Shown piece by piece: positions 9,058 through 18,600 of a stretch of 28,216 nt of DNA. The notes beneath the pieces are model-generated. The model did not search any database. It saw nothing but the letters and a program-made list of their open reading frames with translations, and had not been told where the DNA came from. Source of the DNA: Gammaproteobacteria bacterium (lineage in GTDB: Bacteria; Pseudomonadota; Gammaproteobacteria; Pseudomonadales; GM7GCV1). How positions within the stretch are numbered: position 1 is the stretch's first letter; the number at the start of each line of letters is the position of its first letter. The DNA is taken from assembly GCA_030830945.1 (NCBI GenBank), contig JAURLY010000234.1, forward strand, positions 1-28,216. The letters run 5' to 3'. Made by a program: the position numbers and the translations under genes.

Positions 9058-9848
9058 GCAACCAATACCAACTCGATCAGTCGCAAATAGACAAGTTCTA
9101 CAAAGATGGCTTTTTGCTTCTCGATTTCACTATCGATTTGTCACTGATTGACCGGGCGCTGCTAGATATGCAAACCCTACACAAGAAAAAACCTAAGAAA
9201 AATTCTTACCAAAATGGACAGCGAATCCAGGATGGTTGGAAGTACAGTGAAGCCGTACATGAACTTGCGACCGAAAAAAAGGTACTCCTTTGTCTGGATA
9301 CTCTTTATGGCCGTAGAGCATTGCCATTCCAGACGTTAAACTTCCCAGTTGGCACCGAACAAAAACTCCACTCAGACACAGTTCACTTTAACTCCATGCC
9401 TTCAGGATATATGGCTGGCGCCTGGATTGCCCTAGAAGATGTGGACAGAGAAAATGGCGCTCTGATCTATTATCCGGGGAGCCATAAACTTCAAGAACTC
9501 AACATGCAGGATCTGGGCTACGAAGCCGGTAGAGAAAACTATCCTGACTACGAAAACTTTATGGAAAACTGGGCCAAGAACTCAGGCGTAGAGCCATACT
9601 ATGGCGTGATGAAAAAAGGACAAGTCTTGCTCTGGCATGCCAATCTTCTGCACGGCGGATCCGAGCACATCGACAAAACCCGAACCCGTCATTCCCAGGT
9701 TACCCATTACTTTTTTGAGGGCTGCAAATATTACACTCCAATGTACTCTACTCCAGATAAAATTGACTGGCGCGATCCCAACTGGATACCCCGCGAGCCC
9801 GAAAAACTGACATCAAAAATAAAAAGGTTTATTTTTTCTCACATCTAA
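9054..9848 (+). CDS. Fe(II)/2-oxoglutarate dioxygenase, phytanoyl-CoA dioxygenase (PhyH) family
   Basis: HxD facial triad LHSDTVHF, WIALEDVDRENGAL..YPGSHK, distal His WHANLLHGG, Arg in RHSQVTHY. ATGA overlap with the GT2. Confidence 0.88.
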   Translation: MSNQYQLDQSQIDKFYKDGFLLLDFTIDLSLIDRALLDMQTLHKKKPKKNSYQNGQRIQDGWKYSEAVHELATEKKVLLCLDTLYGRRALPFQTLNFPVGTEQKLHSDTVHFNSMPSGYMAGAWIALEDVDRENGALIYYPGSHKLQELNMQDLGYEAGRENYPDYENFMENWAKNSGVEPYYGVMKKGQVLLWHANLLHGGSEHIDKTRTRHSQVTHYFFEGCKYYTPMYSTPDKIDWRDPNWIPREPEKLTSKIKRFIFSHI

Positions 9849-9912
9849 ATGGATTTACCTAGATTGATAACCCATTTTAGTTTTTCGTTTTGATGATTTA
9901 CGGAACTCAAGC

Positions 9913-10608
9913 ATGTTTTTTTTTACATCCCCTATAGAAAAACTACGGGGACATCGCCATGGTCAAGTCTATCTATGGGTGATCGGCCCACCCAGATCTG
10001 GAAGTACTTACTTGACGCTCTCACTCGGAAAGAACACTAGCCACTGTTTTAGCGAGCCTATCAAAATCCCTTTGTTTGACCGGGACAATGTAGAGAACTG
10101 GAAATTTCCTAAATGTCGATCAATCGTATTTAAGTGGTGCGAAAATCACGGCGTGGCTGACAAAATTATTGATCGATTCCCTAACTCCTATTTCCTGCAC
10201 ACCATTCGTGATCCGGCAAACAATATACTCTCTTTGTCTCATCCCAAATCCGATTCCTGGCCCAGGAGGGAGTTCGAAGAACTTGGCGAAGAAAAGGAAA
10301 CCAGAGTGCAAAATGCGGTAGGTTTATGGGAACACTACACAGCTGGGTGTCTGGATGTGCGGGAAAAATATCCAGACCGATATATCCCCGTTCCCTATAC
10401 TTCCATGCCATCCTATTTCCCGGTCATAGAGGAAAAAATACAGCTCAGGTTGAAACGTAAATTAAAATTTAAGGACCGGGACCTGGATTCTGCCTACCTT
10501 CAGGATATTCAATATGTCATTTCTCACAATGTACTCGCGGTAGAGTTGTCCAAGAAATTGGAACAAATATGCCAGGATGCCAAAGCAGAATTGCTGCAAC
10601 AGAAATAA
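9913..10608 (+). CDS. PAPS-dependent sulfotransferase (P-loop sulfotransferase fold)
   Basis: 5'-phosphosulfate loop VIGPPRSGSTYL, 3'-phosphate motif HTIRDPANNILS, and V.Y (IPVPYT) toward the C-terminus. Confidence 0.75.
   Translation: MFFFTSPIEKLRGHRHGQVYLWVIGPPRSGSTYLTLSLGKNTSHCFSEPIKIPLFDRDNVENWKFPKCRSIVFKWCENHGVADKIIDRFPNSYFLHTIRDPANNILSLSHPKSDSWPRREFEELGEEKETRVQNAVGLWEHYTAGCLDVREKYPDRYIPVPYTSMPSYFPVIEEKIQLRLKRKLKFKDRDLDSAYLQDIQYVISHNVLAVELSKKLEQICQDAKAELLQQK
9916..9924 (+). repeat. T9 homopolymer immediately after the start codon of the first sulfotransferase
   Basis: ATG TTT TTT TTT ACA read directly. It is the longest homopolymer I noticed in the window. Confidence 0.9.
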
Positions 10609-10688
10609 CCACTTGACTTAACAGTGCTATAAAATCCGCTCTCTTTTTTTTGAGAATCTGCTTTTAATCCAATATCCAGAAGAGCATC

Positions 10689-11498
10689 GTGATTTCCATT
10701 ATCGAAAAAATCCGGGATTGGTATTTTAATCCCTACTCAAAAACCAAATGGGGCCTACTGCCGCTTCTACTTGACGAAAAAAAGATCATGCTTTCACTTT
10801 CGCCAAAGTCAGGTTCCTTGTTTGGTGTTAGCTGGTTTTTTTATCAGGCCAACCTGTGGCAAGACGTCAAAGAACACCCAAAATGGGCACACCACTATCG
10901 TCAGGAAGTCTATTACAAATCCCCCGGGTACCCGGCTAGTTACCGTCACTTTTTTGCCTCGCCCGAAACATACACAAAAATTAAATTGGTCCGGAATCCT
11001 TATTCCAGAGCAGTAAGCTCATATATCCACGCCCTGAGAACGCCAGAAATTTTATACAGGGATACCAGAAACAAATTTACGGCAACCGAATTCAGCTTTG
11101 AAACTTTTTTAGCTGAAGTAGAAAAACTTGGCACCCGTTCATGTGACGTTCACTACCGAACGCAAACGCATGAATTCGAGAGAAATAGCAACTGGGATTA
11201 CCAACATATCGTGCAACTTGAATCTGCTTTCAAAGATATCCCCAAGCTCGAAAAAATATACGATTTAAAAACTTCACCTCTCGAAAATTTCAGGGAATCT
11301 GAACATAATTCGCGCCGGAAAAAATCTGGCAAGAACTATGTAGGGAGCACTGTATTTTCTTCCGGATACATTAAGCACAGCCCCTACCCCTATTTCTACA
11401 ATACTGAATTGGCTCAAAAAGTTCAGGAACTCTATGCTGAGGACTTCAGAAACTTCGGTTATTCTACGGCCATAGAACTACCCTATGCGACAAACTGA
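10689..11498 (+). CDS. Sulfotransferase family 2 (CHST/HNK-1-like carbohydrate sulfotransferase)
   Basis: LSPKSGS (5'-PSB), LVRNPYSRAVSSY (RxPxxRxxSxY 3'-PB), DVHYRTQ, and C-terminal ELYAEDFRNFGY (Y..DF..FGY). Confidence 0.82.
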   Translation: MISIIEKIRDWYFNPYSKTKWGLLPLLLDEKKIMLSLSPKSGSLFGVSWFFYQANLWQDVKEHPKWAHHYRQEVYYKSPGYPASYRHFFASPETYTKIKLVRNPYSRAVSSYIHALRTPEILYRDTRNKFTATEFSFETFLAEVEKLGTRSCDVHYRTQTHEFERNSNWDYQHIVQLESAFKDIPKLEKIYDLKTSPLENFRESEHNSRRKKSGKNYVGSTVFSSGYIKHSPYPYFYNTELAQKVQELYAEDFRNFGYSTAIELPYATN

Positions 11499-11521
11499 TC
11501 GATCTTATAAAACAGAAATTA

Positions 11522-12541
11522 ATGGCCTCCAAAAACATCTACCTTCTAAGTGACGGCTGCTATCCAACGGAAGATCTCTACTTTCGAGGCGTGATTTCCT
11601 CTCGTCTTAAAAAAAACAAAATTGGAAGTTCGAAATACATCAACTGCAAGCAAACTCACCCGGATTATTTAAAAAGCCGCCTGTCCAAAAATGACATTAT
11701 TATCATTTTTCGTACACTACCTCCGATCTGGGCACTGTCTATGCCAGAAATATACGAGCAAGCCGGCAAGACAATCTATGTTCTCGATGACGACCTCCGG
11801 GTAGCTGCGAACACACCAAGCCTTCCAGAAAACTACCGCGAGCGCATAGGACACTTTGCCGAGCATTATCATCGACTGCTGCTAGACTATAGCGATGCAC
11901 TGGTAGTTAGCTCGAAATATTTGGCCGGACAATACGCTGACTACTCACCACGCCTACTACACCCAAGCCTGCTAATTAACCAAGAAAAATCAAGCGACCC
12001 CAATGCCAAAAAACTATGGGTCTGCTATCACGCAACCAGTTCTCACCAAGCAGATCTTGAATTTGTTACACCGGCGCTGAAGAAAACTTTAGCTAATCCG
12101 AACGTTGCATTTGAATCATTGATCGGCAACTCCACTCCCGATGACCTTAGTGCTTACCCCAACGTCATTTCTCGCAGCCCTAAATCCTGGCGAGGGTTTC
12201 AAAGATTCCAGCGTGCCTGTATCAGGCATATCGGGATAGCTCCCTTACTCGACACACCTTACAATCTCGGAAAATCACACATAAAATTTCTGGACATTGC
12301 AGCTGTTGGCGCCGTGGGCATATTCAGCAACCGGCCGCCCTATTCTGATGTCGTGGTAAATGGAGAAAATGGCCTACTGGCTAATGATGACCCGGATGAG
12401 TGGCATCATCATCTAAATCATCTAATCTCTAACCCCAAAAAGGCGGCTGAAATGGCATTTAATGCTCGTAAAACAGCATTTAAAATCGGGCATCCACGCC
12501 AGTCTTATCGTTTTTGGCGACAATTACTGAGCGAAAACTGA
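11522..12541 (+). CDS. GT-B glycosyltransferase (GT4-like)
   Basis: IYVLDDDL, ALVVSSKYLA, IGIAPLLDTPYNLGKSHIKFLDIAAVGAVGIFS, VVNGENGLLA, then LISNPKKAAEMAFNA. Confidence 0.78.
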   Translation: MASKNIYLLSDGCYPTEDLYFRGVISSRLKKNKIGSSKYINCKQTHPDYLKSRLSKNDIIIIFRTLPPIWALSMPEIYEQAGKTIYVLDDDLRVAANTPSLPENYRERIGHFAEHYHRLLLDYSDALVVSSKYLAGQYADYSPRLLHPSLLINQEKSSDPNAKKLWVCYHATSSHQADLEFVTPALKKTLANPNVAFESLIGNSTPDDLSAYPNVISRSPKSWRGFQRFQRACIRHIGIAPLLDTPYNLGKSHIKFLDIAAVGAVGIFSNRPPYSDVVVNGENGLLANDDPDEWHHHLNHLISNPKKAAEMAFNARKTAFKIGHPRQSYRFWRQLLSEN

Positions 12542-12695
12542 GAAATACCTCCTATACTTATAAAAAAATGCACGTTTCTGCTTGTACCACGCCCAAAATA
12601 AAGTATCAAAGCTCAAAATCCGCCTGAATTCCTAGTATGATTCATGATCGAGAAAGTTTACGATTTAGTGACAGAAAAGAGACTGCAGAGCGCGT

Positions 12696-15600
12696 ATGCC
12701 TAACAAAAAACAAAGGATAGCTATTGTCGGCATGGCCTTCCGTTTTCCGGGAGACATCGATAATCAGGAGAAATTTTGGAGCGCACTCACTAAAAAACAA
12801 GACCTGGTGACAGAAATAGGCGCGGATCGCTGGGACAGCAGTATTCTCAAACACTCCAGAAAATCCGAGGCTGGCAAAAGCTATGTATTTTCTGCAGGAC
12901 AGCTAAAGCGCATACAGGAATTTGATGCCCAGTTTTTTGGTATTTCACCAAGAGAGGCTGGACAAATGGATCCGCAGCAACGGCTTCTGCTCGAACTCAG
13001 CTGGGAGGCCATGGAAAATGCTGCGGTTAACCCAGAAACACTGGAAGGTTCTGACACCGCAGTCTATGTTGGCATTGCCAGTACTGATTATGCGCAAAGA
13101 CGCATGGATGACTTTTCATCCGCAGATGCTTATTCCATGACGGGATCAACAGCGAGCATTGCATCCAACCGAATTTCTTATATTTTTGACCTTCACGGGC
13201 CAAGTATGTCTATCGATACGGCCTGTTCCAGTTCTCTGGTCGCATTACACCAAGCCTGTAATTCCATTTGGAAAGGTGAAGCCAGCAAGGCCCTGGTAGG
13301 CGGGGTGAACCTGCTACTACACCCGTTTGGGTTCGTTGGTTTTTCCAAAGCATCCATGTTGTCTGCCAGCGGTCGCTGTCGTGCTTTTGATGCTGGCGGA
13401 GATGGCTATGTTCGCTCAGAGGGATGTGCCGTTCTATACCTCAAGCCTCTTGAACAGGCGGAAAAAGATGGCGATCGAATTCATGCAGTCATTGTTAATA
13501 CAGGTGTGAACTCAGACGGTCGAACCAATGGCATCACGATGCCCAGTTTTGATGGTCAATCTGCGCTATTGAAAAAGGTTTACGAAGAGGCTGGGATTAA
13601 CGTCAATGAGATTGATTACATTGAGGCCCACGGAACCGGAACTGCTGTGGGTGACCCTATCGAGGCCACAGCAATTGGTGAAACGCTCGCTAAACTTCGT
13701 TCTCACAAACACTTTCTTCCTATTGGCTCCGTCAAGACCAATGTTGGCCATATGGAAACTGCCTCTGGTATGGCCGGCATCGTAAAAGCAATTCTCTGCC
13801 TAAAACACCGAGCTATTCCTCCCAATCTGCATTTTGACGTCCCAAATCCCAATATTGATTTTGATGGTCTAAATATCAGTGTTGTTGACCAGATGTCCGA
13901 ATTCCCGGAATCAGATAAGAACCTTATCGCCGGGGTCAACTCATTTGGTTTTGGGGGAGCTAATTCACATGCAATTCTGGAAGAATACAGGGATACACAG
14001 GCGCGAAGCTCTGACATTCCTGATGATATAGAAGCGCCGCCGCTCTTTCTTTCAGCCGCCAGCCCTGCCGCTCTCAAACAAATGGCCGAGCAGTACGCAG
14101 ATTTTTTACGTACTAATTCCGCTTGGTACTACGATATTGCCTATCAGTTGGCGCACAAACGGGCGCACCTGAATAACGGCCTGGCCGTCAAAGCGAAGTC
14201 CGTTAGCGGCCTAATCAGGTCTCTGCGAAGTTATATCGAGGGTGAGGAAAATTCTGCGGTTGTCACACAGACACTTGTCGAGAAAAAAGCAGTCGTCGCG
14301 TTTATTTATTCCGGGAATGGATCTCAGTGGCTGGGAATGGGGCGCGACCTATTCGCCGCTGATGAGCTATTTGCCGAAAAGCTTGGCGAGGTGGATGAAC
14401 TTCTTAAAGAGCATGTGGATTACTCAATTATTGAGGAACTCCATGCAGAGCCGGAAAACTCACGTTTCCACCTGACAGAAATCGCCCAGCCCGCTCTCTT
14501 TGCAATTCAGGTAGGTATTACCGAATGGCTGGCAGATCAGGGCATTAAGCCCAAGGCAGTCGCCGGCCATAGTGTTGGCGAAGTGACCGCTGCCTGGGCG
14601 GCTGGTGCATTGACTTTAAAACAGGCTACCCACCTTATTGTTGAGCGAAGTGCAGCACAGGGCCTGACACGTGGCACAGGCCGCATGTCTGCCATGGGGC
14701 TAGGGCAGGAAAAAGCGGTCAGCCTTATTGACGAATTAGGACTTAAGGGCCAGGTTGAGATTGCCGGCGTAAACAGCACGAAATCAGTCACACTGGCCGG
14801 TTCCCTCCCCGCATTACAAAAACTCGAATCTGCTGCCGGGCAAAGGGATGTTTTTTATCGAATACTGGATCTTGATTACGCCTTCCACAGCAAGTACATG
14901 GATCCAGTAAAAGATCGTTTGCTAACCTCATTGGAAAGCCTAAGGCCGGGCCAAACCTCAGTGCCTATGTATTCCACCGTAATCGGCAAAAAAATCGATG
15001 GCAAAAAATTTACTGCCCAGTACTGGTGGGAAAATGTGCGACGTCCTGTGGCCTTTGGCAAAGCCGTTGATGCAATGATTGAAGACGGCATCCATGTATT
15101 TATGGATGTCGGACCCCATCCAATTATGCGCGGCTATCTTAACGAATGCTTGCGAAATGCAAATATTCGCGGTTTGGTTAGCCCAACGCTAATGAGAAAA
15201 TCCGATGAAGTTCAGGATATCCAGCGTGCGCTGTTAAGTGTTCATCTTGCTGGGGCATACATGGACCTTGATCGTCATTTTCCGGTTCCCGGCACTCATA
15301 TCGAATTGCCTACCTACCCTTGGCAGCATCAGGGATATTGGCATGAGGTTACGGATGAAGGGTATAACCTCACTGGCCGCCGTGTTGAACACCCATTACT
15401 TGGTTACCGCCTTAAACCTGGACTTCCTCAGTGGGAGATTCATCTTGACTGCGAGACTGTACCCTACTTGGCAGATCACGTCGTAGGCAATGGCGAGGTA
15501 ATGCCGGCTGCTGCCTATGTAGAAATGGCTTTGGCCGCTGCAAAAATTTGGTATCAGGAAGATAGCTTCCATGAGCTGGAAGACCTGGAAATTCGCTCTC

Positions 15601-18600
15601 CCATGCTTTTTGAAGCCGATCAATTGCGCACACTGCGTTTTGAGCTTTCCGAAGCCTCTGGACATTTCGTTATAAAAAGTCGCCTAAGACTCACCGATGA
15701 CGCCTGGACAGAACATGTTGTTGGCCGTGTTTTGCATCATAGCTCTGCACCCAATGATTCTTCTCAAGCCATTCAATTTTCCAAAAACCCTGAGGGCAAA
15801 ACCCTATCTGGTCAAGAGCATTACCAAATCGCAGCTGAGCTAGGGTTGAAATATGGCCCTTGCTTCCAGGGTATTGAACAAGTATGGGTATCCGGTAATA
15901 GTGCTGTGGCTAGCGTTACCACCCCAGATGGCATCAATGATCGATTTGAGCAACACGTACTGCATCCTTGTTATCTGGATTCCTGCTTCCAAGTGCTTGT
16001 CGGGCTAATGAGCAACCAGTTTTCTGGAGATAAAGCCAGCGCCATGATCCCTGTGAGGATCGGTCGCTTACGAACTTACAGCACAGGAAAAATAAATTGG
16101 TTTAGTGCGCAAATAACTCGCCAAAGTCCACTATCAGTTTTGGCAGACTTTCAATTATTTGATGTTAATGGCGAACTTGTTGCCAGAGCGGAAGATTGCC
16201 GATTTCGAGCTGTTAACTTTGCACAAGACGCTCATGAAACTGGTATATACGAATATCTTTTGCAGCCAAAGTCGAATGCATACTCTGCCAACAGCTCCGA
16301 AGCCCTGGACACAAAAAACCTGGCAAAAACAGCTGAAAATATTCTTAATGGCGAGGCGCAGGTAAAACGACGACAGACGCTATACTCTGAAGTGGTTCCT
16401 TTGCTGGACACTCTCATCGCATGCTACGCCTATGAGGCGCTCAATCATTTTGCTGAGAATCAGGATCTGGAGCTTGATTCGCTTTTTTCAGATCATGGCG
16501 TAGAACCAAGGCATCAATATCTGGTATCTCGTCTATTACAGATTCTGGAAGAGCAGTCTTGGGCAACAAAACAAGATGACAACTCGTGGAAATTAGCCCC
16601 GAGTGAAGAAATTCCCGATAGTCAGTCTGTATGGCTGACACTTATAGGTGATTACCCTGGTTTGATGCCAGAAGTGTTACTCGCCGGTCGAGCAGGAACC
16701 AATCTTAGTGATTTGCTTTCTGGAAAACGCAAGGTGGAAGATTTCATCAAGCCGGGTAAATCCAGTGGCCTAAAAGACCATATGGCAGACACCGCTCTGA
16801 GCATCAAAGGCACCATGGATAGTCTGGTGGATGTTCTTGGTCAATGGACCAGCCAACGGGAACAATATTTCCGTGTTCTACATCTGGGCAACGGCCAAGG
16901 GAAGCTATGTCAACGCATCATAAAAATGCTTCCTGTTAATTCGGATTATCACTACCTCCATGCAGATGCTGAAGTCTGCGGAAAAGTTGAGGCGCTCATT
17001 GAGGATTACCCTCAAGCCCAGGTATCACAAATTGATTTTGAATCCGCTGATGACTGGAATGAATTTACTGACCAACAAGCTCCTTTTGATCTGGTAATCG
17101 TCAACGAAACACTTCATGCCCACACTCACCCTGACCGACTTCTGCAGACGCTACGATCTGCCATGAGTGCAGAGTCACTATTGTTATGCATGGAGAAAAA
17201 TCCTTCTCGTCTTGGCGATATCACTTTTGGCCTTGATGATGATTATTGGCATCGAACAACGAACCCGGAAAATCCAACACCGCTTCGATTGCACGTTAAC
17301 AAATGGGCCAGCTTGACTCAGTCGGCAGGTTTTACAGACACACAGGCCATTAGCGATGACCCCGACAAGATTTCCGGCTCTTACTTACTACTTGCCAGAA
17401 ATGAAGCTGCACCAGAAGTTCTGGTTACAGAGAAACGTTGGCTGATCGTAACTGACTCAACAGCTAACGCCAATTCCTTGACTCACACGCTGGCTGAGCA
17501 ACTCCCGGCTAATATTCATGCAACATATCTGTCTCATCAAGCGGGCTGCAACAAACTGGAAACGCCGGATGAAGGTCAAAATATACTGGATTTGGTTAAC
17601 GGCAATTTCTCTGAAAACCTGGATAAGCTCGAACTAACCCAAATTGATTCTGTGCTATTTCTCTGCGGCTTAAATACCCGTCATAGCGAACTGGGTGACA
17701 GCCTTAATTTAAGAACAGTAGCCGCATTAAATATTGCAAAACTTATTAATACTGTCACCGAAAACCGTCCATCTCTTCGCTTGGTAACGCTGGGAGGCAG
17801 CACAGCATCTGTCGGCAAAAAACATCTGGCTGACGCTGCCCTTTGGGGGCTTGGACGCGTTATTCGCAATGAAATTGCAGACATCGATTGTAGCCAGATT
17901 GATCTTGCTGATGACAAGCCCGAATCCCTGCTTCCTACGCTCATCACAGAATTACAACACCCGAATAACGACCGTGAAATCGTGCTCGAAAAAACTCAGC
18001 GATACGTGCTGGAGATGCAATCCAGACCTATCAAGAAAGGGCAGGAAGAAGACTGGAACGGGCCTATCAAGTTAGACTTTAGCGATCCCGGGCTTTTGAA
18101 AAACCTTCAATGGGTTCCTCTCAAGGATCAATCTCCTGGAAATGGTGAACTTAAGATCCGACCAATGGCCTCCGGACTTAATTTCCGCGATGTTATGTAT
18201 GCCATGGGCTTGCTATCGGATGAAGCTGTCGAAAGTGGATTTTCAGGACCCACACTCGGTATGGAATTTGCGGGTGAAGTAGAAGCAGTTGGTAAGGAAG
18301 TCACCGGTTTCAGCGTTGGCGATCGCGTTATGGGTTTTGGCCCTGCCTGTTTTAGTACCCAGCTAATCACAAAAGCAACAGCTGTAGCGCATATCCCACA
18401 GACATGGCTATTTGAAGAAGCGGCTACCATACCCACAACTTTCTTCACCGCATACTACGCACTTGATCATCTTGCCCGCCTTCAGGAAGGTGAACGCATA
18501 CTGATTCACGGTGGCGCCGGCGGTGTAGGTATTGCAGCCATTCAACTGGCTCATTATTTGGGAGCAGAAGTCTTTGTAACTGCCGGCTCAGATGAGAAGC

